Under the pieces are notes generated by a model. It ran no database searches, was not told where the DNA came from, and saw only the letters and a list, made by a program, of their open reading frames with translations. A stretch of 64,000 nt of DNA from the human T2T-CHM13v2.0 reference genome, Homo sapiens. Shown here in pieces: positions 26,523 through 41,599 of this stretch. The stretch lies in the NCBI RefSeq assembly GCF_009914755.1, contig NC_060936.1; one strand, written 5' to 3'. The position numbers were made by a program, and so were the translations under genes. Position 1 is the stretch's first letter; the number at the start of each line of letters is the position of its first letter.

Positions 26523-29500
26523 AGAATTGTCAAGGCACAATCTATTTTCTGCAAGACCAAAACCTTCTTGAGAGTTATGTACTTTGTACTCCCCTTCTAC
26601 CTTACTCACTTAAAATCTCTTGTATATAGTATTGGTTCAATAATGTCTGTTGAATGAATGAATACATTATTAATTTCAAGATTCTCAAATACCTTGTTCG
26701 AGGACAAACATGAATAGCTGCACTAAAGGACATTTACTTTTCTTCCAAAGATCTAACCAAATTAATACAAATTATTGAAATAAATCGAAATACCAGAATG
26801 TGATAGAAAGAACTCTTTATGTTAGGTCTCTTGCCAGTAAGTAGCAGTGAAGCCGGTCATTTCGTAACTTTGGGCCTCAATTTCTAAATTAGTAAGAAAA
26901 ATATTAGTTAAAATGATGGGGTTCTATACATACTTCTAATCAGAAGCCAGAGAAAATAGCTAAAATTTTTATAATTTTATAAGGTTATGAAATACTTAAT
27001 CGGTTTTCAAAACAGCCTCAGTGGTAAATCTCCCAAGTTCATTTAAAAGTTAAACTCTCTCAGAAATGTTAATCATGGCAGATATGGTTACAGACTACAT
27101 AATATGCTTTCAAAGGACAGTACATGAGCCCCTTCTAAGAGCAAAACAAATCAGAAAGTTCTTAAAATTCAATAAGAATCCTAATAAGCCACCTAACTCA
27201 ATTTTCTTCCAACATAATCCTCTTCTTGGAGAATATTATTACCTGCTTTTTGTCATATCCTACTTGAAAGCTTTAGTACCCTAACCACAATGTTTTCTTT
27301 TACCAGGAATTTTGTCTAACCCAATGTACAATTAATAGAAAAGACATGACACAATTAATATATCACATAGTCAGTGATACCCACATAAGACTGTATGAGT
27401 GTAAATATTTAAAAAATAACTTACCAAACAAATATGCAGACTACTATCCATTTGCTATTAAATCAGGGATAAGAGCTTCTATTTTACCTGGTACTACTTC
27501 CAATTGAATTAAAAAAACCCATCACCATAAAAAAGGTAGGTTGGGCCAGTCACTTTTAAATTATAGAAATTTCTATCATTTTGTCTAATGGAATAATAGA
27601 CAACTCAGGAAAAGGCCAGGCAGCACATTTCTGAAATACAGAACTGGATCGATGTGCTATGATTTTCATTTCAAGAGTGAGTAGACGTGAAAAACTGAAA
27701 TTAGTTTGTCCGCAAGTCTCTCTCCTTTCTTTGCAGTTTGTGCTGTTCTTTCCTTGGAAGAGAAGAGTTGTGTAGGCTGACAATGCTGGTTCCCAGTACC
27801 CTCACCCCTCTCTGCCATTTCCCTCCATCCTGGATAAAAGAAGGCAGATTTATCAGTAGAAACTGAATGTGGCTGTGGAAAGCATTTTACCATTTGTCCC
27901 CTAAATATCATTTCATAGAGGATTCTTCTCTGGCATGGAGATCATATGTTTTGGATATTCCAGGAAAGTGTGAATTTCACATATTCTATTCCTCTGTCAG
28001 GCATGTGTACTGGTTTTGGGTTAGGGGTAGAATACCCACTTACTCCGGGTAGGTCTCTAAGCATGATAGTACATTTTTGGGTGCTAACCAAGACTCAGCC
28101 ATGAAAGATCTGGGGAAAATGTAGCATTAATCACGGGGCCAGGACATATTAAGAAGAAATTTCTCACACATGTGATTCTAAACTGCACATTCTTAAACAG
28201 GTTTTCCATCTCAATTTTCAATGGACTTTATTGACTTAGTCCATTGCATGAAGGCTCAAGGTGATTTTGCTTTGAAACACTCAAAGAGAGCCTTATTGAA
28301 ATATGTTATTGATGTTGAAAATGACGCTGGATAAGAATAGCTGTCCTAAATGGATCTTTGACCCCTTAATGTAATCAAGATTATCAGGGATTTTTTTCCC
28401 CCTCTTGAGGCAACGGTTTTGTCATGGAAAAAAATGAGTGAGAACAATCAGAATGTTTTCTAGATTAGATACTAGGTGTCGGAATACAGAAGATGTCTGT
28501 TCTGGCAGACTGATTATTTTTCCAATACCAAGTACAGTACAGTTTCTGGTTTACAATCCCCGCCTTCCCTGGTGCCAGGTTGCTTTGCCTGAAAACTCCC
28601 ATCCCAGGAACTTGAAGCACCATTCAATACAGCTACAGTATACAGGGCAAAGCTCCATTTCAAAGGTCAATGTATAATGAGATAGGAAGAATCAGCTTCT
28701 AGAAGGGTATGAAGTCCATATTTGAATGGTTCTCAAACTTATATTCTGAAGGGAAACTTATTACTTTTGTTTCTTTTCCCAAATTTGGTCTTCCCAGATG
28801 TTAAGGATCCTGGTGTCAAATTGGAACCCAGCCTACTTGACGTTGAAGTCTCCAGAATATAGTTTGGCTTCAGGGAATGTAGCTGCCTTGTGCGGTATCT
28901 GGAAGAGGCTTCTTTGATTGTGACTTTTACTATGTGGCCAGTTCTGATGGTCTGGTGTATTTTCAGAAGAATGTTGAACGTAAGGTTAATCAGGGAGATT
29001 TTAATTTATTGGGCACTATAGACGTGAAACTTTTTAAAAGCTGATGAAAATATTTGAAAACTGGAAAAAATTATAGGCTACAAAATAGAAATACACTGCA
29101 AAATGAAAGTTTCAAAAACAAAATTATAAAAATCCTTTTGCAGCATAAAGAAAAATGTTATGTTTAGGATGAGATTGGGTATGTATGTATGTATTAACAT
29201 GTTTGGTATGATGTGGGCAGAGCAGGAAGGGCTCAGCTATGAACCTCTTACTGTGGCCCTGCGGCTGGGCATATTGAGATACAGCAATAGATACTTCTGG
29301 GTTTAAATAAACACTTTTTCTTTTCTGGATAAAAGTTTATTGTTTCTGGTTTGCCTCTCAACAAGAGATACTAGTAATACCAGCTTCGATCTAAAAACTT
29401 CAATTTCCTATGACAGCAACTGAACAATGTCTTGAAATTCCATCATTGTTAGACTGGGTGGGAAAATTCTAGCTGAACCTGCTTCTTTTATTAAGAGGAT

Positions 29501-29754
29501 TGGGCTTTGTGACCTCAGAGAAGAATTTTGGCAAAACAGATATGCTGATTCTAGTCCTGGTAACAATTGCTGGGCTCTCAGCAACTCTTCATGTGGGCTC
29601 TTCCCTTCCCCCTTTCAAAACTTGCAATTAACCCTGGGTAAGAGCCTTTTTTATTGAAATTCAGTTGAGGGACCCATAATTTAACTGTACGTCAGGAAAC
29701 AAGAGAGACAGAAACTAGGAGTTTTGCCAGACACCTGGGAACAGCTTTATATTA

Positions 29755-29945
29755 TCACGGAATCCTCAAGTTGGAAGGGGCTTTCAAAATCCTCCTGCTC
29801 AACCCCCACACTCTACAGATGAAGGAAGGCAGGAAGGCCAAGATGAGAAGTTACTTACTCCAGGTCTTAGAGGTGATTTGTGATTTGTGGCAGAGAAAGG
29901 ATTAGCAAACAGGCTCCTGACCTTCTGTCTCACTCCATGCTGACT
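29755..29945 (-). mobile_element. MIR/MIR3 SINE
   Basis: GTTGGAAGGG...TACAGATGAAGGAA...GTGGCAGAG. Confidence 0.55.
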
Positions 29946-32900
29946 GAGAGTGGAAGAAAAAATAAAGTCCACTTTGGTGTGGAAATGCTTTCTACTAAGA
30001 TTAGAGGAGAATGAATCATTGGAATTTTTTTTTTTTTTTAAACAGTGATTCAGAGCAAACTGCGTAGAGTATGCAAGATACAGGGAAACACTGAATCCTG
30101 GGGCTGACAGTTTACATCCTGGCTGTTTACCAAGTGTGTATAGACATGGAGTCTTTTGATTCTGCTTGTTGAATAATTATATTTGATCTTAAAATCTCCC
30201 CAGCTATACTGTGATAGGTTTTGTGCCTTACAGTTTATGAAGTCTCCAGTTATTAGTGTGGGCAAAGTCTTGTTGTATATAGAGAACAGCTTGTAAATTT
30301 TTTGCTCTGAGAATCTCCAAGGTGAAATCCACTCATATATACTCATTGCTAATAGGAATAATGATAGATTCTGTGCTTTTCTTATTAAGTGTTGAGTTGA
30401 TTTGGATGCAGCAGTTCTGCAATTTCCTAAAATACATCTTTGTGTTTCAGTAATGGAAAGCTCAGAAATTCTCTACAGAGATATTCTCTCACTTTTAAGC
30501 CCCACCTGCTATTTAGGCAAGGCAAATATTCCACTGGTGGAAGATGTAACTCAGGGCTAATAATCTGCTTTTCAGAAATGTTATTTCCAAGATATTGACA
30601 GAATGACTTCAAACTCCTGAGCAAAGCATAGGGAGACGGATTTCCTAAGAGGCAGAGTGTTTTCTTTAAAAAGCTCTGCAACAAGCCCAGGTTATCTTTT
30701 ACAGTCTGGAAGATAGCAGTTTAACCAAGATAAAAAGCTGTAAATGGTTATTAATCTACAACAGCCATTACTTTTGCACTGGGACATGATTTTTCCACTG
30801 AGCCCAAGCCTGTTCCAGGTTGGATTTCTGATTTCTTTCCATTGAATGAAAGGACAGGGCTGTTTTTACCAATATAATGACACTTCCTTTTCAACAAACA
30901 ACAGAGCAAAGGCCCTTGTTTTTGTACTCTTGTCTCTACATAACTTTGCTTTTGTGGTGCAATGAATGGCACAGTTGTCCTCTTCTTTATGTTTTAAAAA
31001 ATCATACTTTTGCTAAGTTGCTAGGAACTATATACATTTTAGTTTACTTCATAAACAACTGAAATAATAAAATTCCTATTTTTCTGTTCTTGAGGGACTA
31101 AGGGCCCTTTTAAAAAGCACTTACTGTCTCTCTCTCTGTGATTTTAATTTTAATTTCCTCATTCAAAAATGACAATAACAATATTACTTCAAAGGGTTAT
31201 TGGGAGGGGTAAATGAAATAATATGTGTCTGAGAAAGTATATGTTAGTTGTCCCTTTTGTACAAATGAATGAAATGATTTACTCAATTGAAATCCATGTT
31301 GGCCAAACTTCAGCTCCGGATTAGACACTGATGAATAACTTTTTTTTTTCTTTTTATAGGTCCATCTTGAAAATCTTACTGTGATTCATGAATATAAATA
31401 TTCAGTATCTTTCACTGTATCTATGCCCACTATTGAGCAGGTCTATATTTTCAGTCCTGTTTATATGCTATTTACAATGATCGTCAAACACACTTAAGCA
31501 ATTCCTTTTTATTCCTCATGCAATGGGAAGTAAGCAAACATTCCATGAGGTTCATTTTATGAAGCAATAAAAGAAAGTTAGTCATCAAATAAAATAAAAT
31601 GGTAAAATCAAGAGACTTACTTATTCAAACTGTTTACAATCTTTCAAATAAAAATAAAAATGATTTTATAGAAAACAGATATTGAAGTAATACAACCTTT
31701 AAGCTTCCACTTGCATCCCAGATTGGACCCCACCTAGAAGAAATTTGGAATAGAGTGAATTGAATTTAGTGGTTGACTCATAATCTGGGCAAGAGACTTT
31801 TAGTCTTTCCCTTCCTGTAGTTTGCTGATTTCCCTAGAACACTTACTGCCCTTCAGAACAAGCAGGCTTCTATGGTAACCAGTGAAGTAAATGGACCCCG
31901 TTGCCAGGAAAGGTACATGAAACAAAACCAAAACAAGGCAGACAGGAAGACAGGGGCTTCCCTAGCGGTTGAATTAAGAGTTGTCAGGGGAAACATAGAA
32001 ATACAATTATGAAACAGCTCAGTGCGATGTGTTAATATTGATTGTGATAATGATAGCAGTAGCATATGGATTAATATGTGGTAAAAGCTGCGGCCTTTTT
32101 CTTTCCTTTTAGAACTTTGCCTTTGATTACATATGCACAGATTTCTATGACACTGTTCAATAACTAACATCTATTGAGAACCAACTATTTGCCAAAATTT
32201 TACATTTAGTTTTAAAAACCATTATAGCCACCTTAAAAGTACATTGTGATACTAATTTTACAGATTCTTCCAAACTCAGTTTATCAGCCATCCCTGATAA
32301 GCCACTTAGGTCTCTCAGTCAAATGGTCCAGTGGAATCCTGTGGAGCTCTTAGAACGTTTGTAATTATGCAATTAATGATCATAATACTTAAAGTTTAAT
32401 GTTCATGTTCTCTGCCAGTTTTTAGAGTGAGACAAGCACAATGCCTTGTTCACTGGCCCATCTCTAGAGCCTGGCATGGTAGCTGGCACACAGTGAAAGC
32501 TCAGTAGACACCTTTGGCTGAGATATAAAAAGACCAAGGCTTTCTGACTTTTGCTCAATTGTACACAAGTATTGAAACCTCAGCCAGGGGCTTTTCACTA
32601 AACACTCTGCCTGAGATGTTGTTTTGTCTTAAGAATTCAGAGTACATAGACATTCTATCCTCTTGGGTATTAATCACATTTCAGTAATCTAAAAAAGAGA
32701 AATAGTATTTTCCCTCTACTTTAAAGATGCAAAAAAAGAGTTTAGTGTCTTGCCTGAAGTCACACATGCTCTGTAATAATAAATAGGTTGATGATGATAA
32801 CAGTGGTAATGACTTACAAAAACATGGCAGGACTGGACTCCTAGCTTCCAGCTGCACGCTCTTTAGACAAAGATTTCCCAAACTTTTCCTTACCATATTT

Positions 32901-33130
32901 GACTGATTTAAAAAATATATATGTAAAATTCTACCATAATTGTTTTTACATTTGTCAATTTTTTTTCTTTTTTTGCCCTCTCTTTGAGGGCAACAACTTT
33001 ATCTTTTCTCTATTTTCTCATGTTGGATTCTTTCACTTACATGCCAATTCAGTAAATGTGTGCTAAATGAATCCTGTTGCCAACATCCTTATGACTGCAT
33101 GTGCTGGTTAGTATCTTTCTTCTTTTACTT

Positions 33131-33500
33131 GTGTCAGAATAGTGTAGGTTATCCTGTGATAACAACTCTAAAATTTCAGGTTATTTCTCATTCATGGTGT
33201 CAGGGAGAGCTTTGCTTATCACTGTCACATACGGAGTAAGGCTGAAGGAGACTCTGTCATTTTATGACACTGCCATCTAATGACGTCAGGCTTCAGGGTT
33301 CACCCCAGCAGGGGATGAGAAAGAGCTGGCAAGTCAAACACAAGCCATAGAAGCCTTAGTCCAGAGTGTCATTCACATGCCTTTGGGCAAAATGAGTCAC
33401 ATGGCAGCATCTAACTTCAAGGGAACATGGAAATGTAATCTCCTTTCTAACCAAAAGTAAATAATTAGAAATTGGTGGACATTAACAATGCCTATCATAC
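33131..33500 (-). mobile_element. Old MaLR LTR (MLT1J/K-like)
   Basis: TGTGTCAG...AGGTTATCCTGTGATAACAAC...AGTCACATGGC...CTAACTTCAAGGG...GGAAATGTAATC. Confidence 0.65.
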
Positions 33501-34114
33501 AACCATCATCTATGGAGTCAGGCTTTGTGAAAGAAAGAAGGTAGATGCAGATAGGAAGCCAAAGGGGGAAAAAAAAGAGAGAAGATCTGGGAGGGGGAAA
33601 GATGGATAGGGAAAGGAGAGAGGAATAGCTCAACTGCTATTCTGACAAGATTAGCTCCATTTCCAAAGGAGAACTAAGCCCTTAAATAAACCAGTCTTGT
33701 CTTACCTGTGCCTCTGGATCATGCACATGACTCATTAGTGAGTTGATTATATTTTACCATTGTTGTTCATATTTTGTCGATGTTCTTATACCATTGTGGG
33801 TCATGGTTCATTGGGACAGACAATTTTTAAGGTTTCCTGGATTGTCTTTCATGCATGAGGTATAGAACTATAAAAATTGCTGCCTTCAACTTGAGGTAGG
33901 TGTGACAAAGAAATAAAACTAAGAAGTAGAGGTGTGTTTGCCATTGGAATGCGTCATTACTGTCTTCCTCATCTTTCTTTCACTAAGTAAAGTTTCTAAC
34001 TATACTCCTTCCTTGCTGGGGTTGAATACCACAGAGGAAAGAGTTGTGAATATCTTATTTATCATTGTATTCTCAGAGTCTACAAGTACCAGGCAAATAG
34101 GTAGTGCTCAGTAG

Positions 34115-34480
<366 letters not shown>

Positions 34481-36344
34481 GTATAGCATTTGTAATTAAA
34501 GGTTTATTTCCCAAAGTGGGCTCTTTGGGGAAGGGAATTGCAGAACTACTGAAGTTACCTTTCATCTGATGAGTTGTGCTGTAGGCAAGTTAAATAGGGA
34601 GGCTGTTTTTAATCTTTGAGTTGGGCCTTGGCAAGATTTGCTCAGTTGTTTTCTTTTCAGTTGGTAGTTTGGAAGTCCCAGCAGTATAGCTTATGGCTGA
34701 CAGTCAATTAGTTGTGAATTTATTTTTAATCTTCAGCAAATGTCCCTTGTGAACAAACAAAGGGTGCATGATAATTACCATCAACTACTGTCTCTTCAAC
34801 TCCCCTGTGTGCTTGGCAAAAGTACTGTGCAAAACAGACAAAATATAGTTCTAGTGTAAGGGATCTGACAGAGCAAATAAGGATCATTAACTTTGCCATA
34901 GTTTTTAAAAATAATTATTTTATGTGGGAGAGTGATTTTCTTATTATCTGATAAAGTGCTTCACGGAGGGCTAGAGATAGAAAGAAGATTATAAAAGAAA
35001 GAGGAATAAAGATAGAGCATGTAAATACCCAAAGGGGTCCTTTGATTACTGTACAAGTTTAATAATTAGAAAATAATATGATTACCAGTTGATGATGATA
35101 GTTTATGGAGGAGTTGATAAGAGGAACATTTTTGGTAACATTCTGGTACTTTTGTATGCTCATTTAACTGTCCAACTGCTATAGAATAAATGTTAGAATA
35201 TATTTGATAGCCAAAGTATAATTCTGAGGCTGTTTCATTCATTAAAAAATAAAGAAAAGGAATAACATTATGTTTGTTATGTACAGAAACCCTTTCCTCA
35301 TCCTTCAATCAGGGACAAACATCTACTCAATTGTAAATAAACCTTTAAAAATATATCTTTATCTGATTGAAAATAAAATTTTGGTGATAACTTCTGTTTG
35401 TGAATAGAAGCTTTTTCCAATTAAAGTGTTTAAAGATACTCATATACTTCAGAACAAATGGGTATTTGGTTTTTAATTTCTAGTTTTTGAATCCAGGATT
35501 ATTTTTGCATCTTTAGGGGCACCAGTTTGATTGTTTTAGGTGTAGGTAACAAATAATTTACCAGCTGATGAGAACAATGAATTCTGGATATTTTTGTGAT
35601 ATTGTATCTGCCTTTAAAGCCTAAAAAATATTTCTTGAACAAAAATATCTTGGAAATATTAATCACTGGTAAAAAGCAAGTTGCTTTTAAAAAAATACCA
35701 CACTAACAAGGGACTAAATCATTACCATTTCTTTCCTTTACCCTTCATCCCACTGAAAATAAGTCTATTTTTGCCAAATATATCCTATGAAAGATAGATA
35801 ATCCTGAGGTTGGCTCTGTGGACAATTTGAAATTCCAGAAAAGCCATGAACTTAAAAGAGGACAGGGTTACTATCAAGCCCTAGGAGAAGAAGGAGGAAA
35901 TAAATAAACTGTTTCTCCCCACTCAAGGGCATAATAAAGAAATATTTAATCTTATTATAATCTTGCATTTTTATATTTTAAATAAGAAACTTTGAGGTAC
36001 ACTTTTTAATGTGCAGCTGTGATGAGATTTGATACGGAACACAATGTTCTGTTATTCCAGAAATGTGACTAAAAAGAGAGAAAAAAAGTTCTGTTTAGAA
36101 CAAAATAAAGAGCACAGCCCAAAGCCACACACAGGCAAATGTGTGTGAATGTGAACACATTTTAACATTTTTCTTAAAATTAGACTTTGATGGCAGTTGC
36201 TCTGCTTAAGGGGACAGTGTCCTTGCTCTGGGATGTGGCTGTGAGGTCACCTTATCCAATTCGTAAATGTGGGAATCTTTTACCAGTCTCCAGTTTTCTT
36301 CACCCTTAGGGAGACAGCCTAACACTCAAAGGAAGGGGTCTGGG

Positions 36345-36545
36345 GCAGTGGAAAGACCAAGGGTTCTGGAATCTGTCAGCCTTGATGAACTCACTCTTTA
36401 CTATTTCGTTACGTGACCTTGGGTCAGTCTCATAGGCCCTCTGAGACCTAATTTCCTTATCTGTAATGTAGAAATAGTAGTATCTTCCTTGTAGGAGTTT
36501 TCATAAGGATTAAATGAGACAATAAGTAAACTATTTCTAGTATTA
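36345..36545 (+). mobile_element. MIR SINE
   Basis: GTGACCTTGGG...CCTCTGAG...TTTCCTTATCTGTAA...AGGATTAAATGAGA. Confidence 0.8.
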
Positions 36546-37027
36546 TAGAATAACTGAACATCATATCTTGGTGCAATTTGTATGTGATCAGTTGTGAGCT
36601 CTATTTGCTCTTTTATTAATTTATTTAATTATTTACTCATTTGAAAAATATGAATTGAGCCCCTGCTATGTGCTAGATTCTGAGTCTACAAGTCTGTGTT
36701 AGATAGACATGGTCCCTATCCTTACTGAAGTACAAAATCATGGAGGCAAATGACAGACCTGCAAACATTAATTACAATACAGTGAGATGCATTAGTTTCC
36801 AAATAACTTGTAAGCATTATGGTACTAAATCCTGAGAAAAATTTATTTTTAAATTTAAGTAATGTATTCGAGGTAATAGTATAATTTTACTTTCATTTAT
36901 TTATTGTCCACAATGCCATTTTTCCCTGCAAAGAAGTGGAAGTGGAAACACTGTGGAAGAATATATCTCCCTAGAAACAATAGATGTTGGCCTAGCATGT
37001 AGTTAGTGCTAAGTGAATAGCAATTAA

Positions 37028-37064
37028 GATGATGATGATAATGGTGATGATGATGATGATGATG
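37028..37064. repeat. (GAT)n imperfect microsatellite
   Basis: Direct reading. Confidence 0.8.
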
Positions 37065-37855
37065 AGAAAAGTGCCTTGGAACAATGCTACTGGCAATGCA
37101 ACCCTGGCAGTGTTTTATTGAGATGTTTTGCCATAAAAACCACATACAGAATAAGCCAAATATTCTATGTATTTTTCTGGTCTACAAACTCAAATACAGA
37201 AAACAGAATTTTATTTCCCCTCTAGAATCTGAATTGTAAATTAAGCTATGGAAATAGAATCAGTATTAAGAAAATATGCCTGTTAAAAGAGATTCTCCTT
37301 ATAGAAATGCTTTATATATACGGACACATGTTTTAGAGACCTTTGGAAAGTGTTTCTGGGCTCTCAGCATCTCCCTGGCTGATAGGAGCAGACCAGGGAC
37401 TCTGCTGAGCTTTCTGCCTGTGGCTCTATCTCAGGGCATTTGTTGCATTACCTTCCCCCAGTTCTTGGCACACAGGCAGCAGGGACACCATGAGGCTTCC
37501 TGAGAGTACCCATCTGGCCTGGCACAAACACCACCCACTGCCCTTAAGTTCTCACTCAGATGTCATGGAAACCTTGCTGATGCCAGTTCCATTGTTGAAG
37601 CAGTCTCCTCAGCCACAGAGACTAAATTGCCATAGTTTTCCCAAAGAAGCTTAAGGTCATGGAAACTCTAGGGTAAAAGGTGCAGAAACATAATCCACAT
37701 CCTTTAAGAGGATACAGGTGGGAACGGCCCATTATATACATTCTGGAGTTATTTGCTAAATTATCTTTCCAGGACAGATTGCCCCCAAAAAGATGAGGTG
37801 AGTCTATCAGGCACAGCTATTAATGTATAAAACCACTTTTTTTTTCTCCTGAAGT

Positions 37856-37978
37856 TCAGAGACCAACTATAGAAACACTACTTTGTATGGTTCTTTTTCT
37901 TTTAAACTGATAATATCAGAAACCAACTATAGAAACATTACTTTGTATGGTTCTGTTTCTTTTAAACTGATAATATCA
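37856..37978. repeat. 60-bp tandem duplication (2 copies)
   Basis: ACCAACTATAGAAACA(C/T)TACTTTGTATGGTTCT(T/G)TTTCTTTTAAACTGATAATATCA repeated with period 60; 3 mismatches. Confidence 0.95.
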
Positions 37979-38139
37979 CACAATTTGGCAGAGATTTCTG
38001 TGTTTTTCGCAAGGGTGAATAATATTGTGATAAATAATTTTATACTATGTTATATTTTCAGGTATTTGTAGTCCCTGGAACTTGGAACATGTATACCTAG
38101 ATAATATATATCAAGGTGTACCTCATTTTAAAAATAAAA

Positions 38140-40560
38140 CCTTTCATTGTGAAAAATTTTAAACTTATATAAAAGTTGGTAGAATTGTATAATTGACTGC
38201 CATTACTTATCACCTGGGGTCAAGAATTATCCACGCATAGACAATAAATTTTCATCTAATTCCCTATCTACTTCACCTCCCATATTATTTTGAAGCAAGT
38301 CCTGGACATGATATGATTTTATTCATAAAATAAAGTATTAAGTATGTATCTTTAAAAGATAAAGGCTTGTTGTTATTATAATCACAATACCATCATCAAA
38401 GCCAGAAATTAAAATAATTCCTTAATATCATAAAATATTCATATCCAGTAAGTGTTCAAGTTTTCGATTATATTATCAATGCCATAATTTATTTTATGAT
38501 TCTTTTTCTAAAAATTAAAATGGAAGCCAAAGCCACACAGTGTGATTGGTTGATATGTCTTTTAAATGTTTACTAAATTGTAGATTCTCTCTCCATCCTT
38601 TTTACCCCTTCTGGTTTCTTTGTAGAACAAACTGGGTTATTTGTCTTGCAATGTTTCCCACAGTCTTGATTGTGCTGATTGTATGCCTGCAGAGTATATT
38701 AACAAGTTTCTACATCTTTCGTATAACAAGCATTACATCTTTCTTGCAAGTTGGTAGTTGCATATATGAGCTTGATTAAATTCAGGTTAGATACTTTTTT
38801 TTGATGTGACTACTTCATAGTGATGCTATGAACTTCCTTCCTTCCTCTCCTCTCCTCTCCTCTCCTCTCCTCCTTCCCTTTTCCTTTCCCTTTCTTTCCC
38901 TTTCCTTTTCTTTCTACTTTCCAAAACAAGGTCTCTCTCTGTTGCCTAGACTGGAATGCAATGGTGCAATCATAGCTCACTGTAGCCTTGAACTCCTGAA
39001 CTCAAGGGATCCTCTTGCCCCTGTCTCCTGAGTAACTGGGATTACAGGTTCTCACCACCACACTAAGCTAATTTTTAATTTTTTAATATAGACACGATCT
39101 TGCTACGTTGTCCAGGCTGGTCTTGAACTCCTGGCCTCAAGTGATCCCCTGCCACTGCCTCCCAAAGTGCTGGGATTACTGGCATGAACCACTGCACCTG
39201 GCCTGATTCTGTGCTTTTTCTATCATCAGGCATGAGATGTTTAGTTGACTCTCTTTTGGTGATCTCAGCAGCTACTGATGTTCAATTAATGAACCATTAA
39301 TTCACTACAATTTGCAAAATTGTGATATTCTAATTCTATGATTTCGTCTTCACTTATTACCTGAAACATTTTTATAAGTGAAATTTTCCTTATTGATTAT
39401 ATAGTAATTCAATTCACATATGGAATCCTGGATAAAGGCTTGATTTTTTTTTATTTTTTGCCTTTTTTTACCCAGTGGTCACCAAGTATATGTTTTTGTA
39501 AGTATAATTATGCCCCATGAATTCAAACATATTTTTTGTTAAACTTTTTGCCTTTTGTAAAATTATTAACGCTCAAATTGTCCCAGTTTTTGTGAAATGG
39601 AACAGGAGTTTCTTCAAGTTGACTCTTGCATCCTGCTGATATGAACCTTGTAGTATATGATAGTTTCCTTGCTATCCGGTTTGACAAGATGCTGCAGACT
39701 CATCTTGTATATTTTCTATCCCAGTCCTTTTAGTTTTTCGAGAATGGTATTAGAAATTATAATCCAGACGTAGGAATGCTAATGGATCTATGTATATCAT
39801 GTATGTATGTATGTGTATGCATTTATGTATATATACATATACACATAATATACATATTTTAAGAAATATATCTTTTAAAAAGATAAGCTATATTATGATT
39901 CCTACTGACACTTCCAGTTCAAATTTAGGCGCACAAGTTTTTTAAATTTAACTTCTTCTATCTTTCACTTATGTCTTCTTTTTTTTTTGGTTCCTGAGAA
40001 TCCTGGTTCTCAAGGTTGTCAGAAACAATTAAATTAAAATATTGCACATACTACACAATTTTCTCTGCTCTCCCTTTTTCACTGAAGAATGTGTCTTTCT
40101 CTAGGTGGTTCATTTTATTTGTTTCTTCTATTTTTAAAGTATATATTTTTGGTATTAATAAAGGCTTGCTCTTTTGTTTTAATTTTTATGCTAACATTAA
40201 AAAAATTACCCATTCCTGTTCTGCCCCTGCCTTTGTTGTCTATTGAGTCCATTCTATGAGATATATTGATATTAGCTAGTATTCTGCATCAATTTAATCA
40301 GTATTAAAATAATTGGATTTATTTTAGTAACTATAAGATAATCATCAAGATTATTCTACTTTTCTGATAGCGTCCCCATTCTGCCATTTTTATAGTTGTA
40401 ATATAGGTATATTGTCACAGCAAATATAATTATATACTATATATATATTTCTTACAAACTTCATTTTGTCATAAGATTGTGAATATATATGGTATTTTGT
40501 CTTCTCCTGTTTGGATTTTGGAATTCAGAGGATATCTTGTCATTTGATTTTGTTGTATAT
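38140..40560 (-). mobile_element. Old L1 (L1MC/L1ME-like) 3' region, interrupted by AluJ
   Basis: ATTATTTTGAAGCAAGTCC, ATCACAATACCATCATCA, GTTTCCTTGCTATCCGG...ACAAGATG...CTCATCTTGTATATTT. Confidence 0.7.
38833..39203 (-). mobile_element. AluJ with tail converted to CT-rich microsatellite
   Basis: (CCTT)/(CCTCT)n at 38833-38920, then antisense Alu with CATAGCTCACTGTAGCCTTGAACTCC (J type). Confidence 0.9.
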
Positions 40561-41599
40561 GTTTTGGGATCTTAATTGCTTTTTATTTTGAAGAAAGATT
40601 TATTTAGGGGGCTTCAAAAACTATACCATTACCACCACCTTCTCAGAATTCTCAAAATTGCATGAGTGTTGAGTGGTTTTCTCTTAACTCTTTATTTTAT
40701 ATAAGCTGCATTATTTTTAGTGCATGCTTTTGCAGGATGTGTTGTTCTGGGGAATGTATATGCGGTATTTTATCAGAAATACCTATTGTGGCAGCATCTC
40801 ATAAACAGACTTAAACGGAGCATTTTGAAAGAGACATCATTATAAAGCACGTTAAGCACTTATGATTGAATAAGTATTATTTCTGTGTTGTTTCAATTTG
40901 CATCCTCAGAGAATGACATACTCCTTGGGTACATAAACATAAATATGTAATTAGAAATAAGGAGAAAGAGGAGGAAGAAGAGAAGGGGAAGGAGAAAGAG
41001 AAAATATAATATTTTCTCTTATAATATAAAGAACAAACTTTAAACTTTGTTCTGATAATTTATCAGTTCTTAGTAGAGCAATAATGTACTGGGTTTAGTA
41101 TCATTAGTAGTAATAATGAGATTTCTTGCTTTAAGCAAATCCCTTATTTTAGAAGAAAAGTAAAATGTTAACTCTTAGGAATTATTATGCAATAACAAAG
41201 AGCAGTAAAATTTTATAGTGGTTGGACCAACTCCAGTGGCTTTCTGGTTTGTGAAAAGTTCAGTAAAAATTGAATAAATGGCTCACATAATGGGAAGTTT
41301 AAGTAATAAAATGGGGGGTAGGGTGGGGAGATGAGGCTTTCCCCCTTCCCTGCCGTGTACATAGTAGAGTTGCTGGTGATTTTTGCCTTAGGTTATAGTA
41401 CTGTGCTCATTATAGGCATAGACAGATTATCATAATTATAAAAGTGCAAGTTTGGTGTAAAAAATAAAAAAAATACATGATGGTAGAGCCTCTGGGCTTA
41501 AAAAAAAAAACTTGGGATATCTTATTAAACGTATTGTTTTCCAACTAGTCTCATCTTTGCTCCCTTGGTGCTTAGAAAGAAAACTCCAAGTAGAATAAT

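Noticed and set aside
36897-37145. ORF with a poly-His run
   Set aside because: The His run is the reverse strand of a (GAT)n microsatellite.
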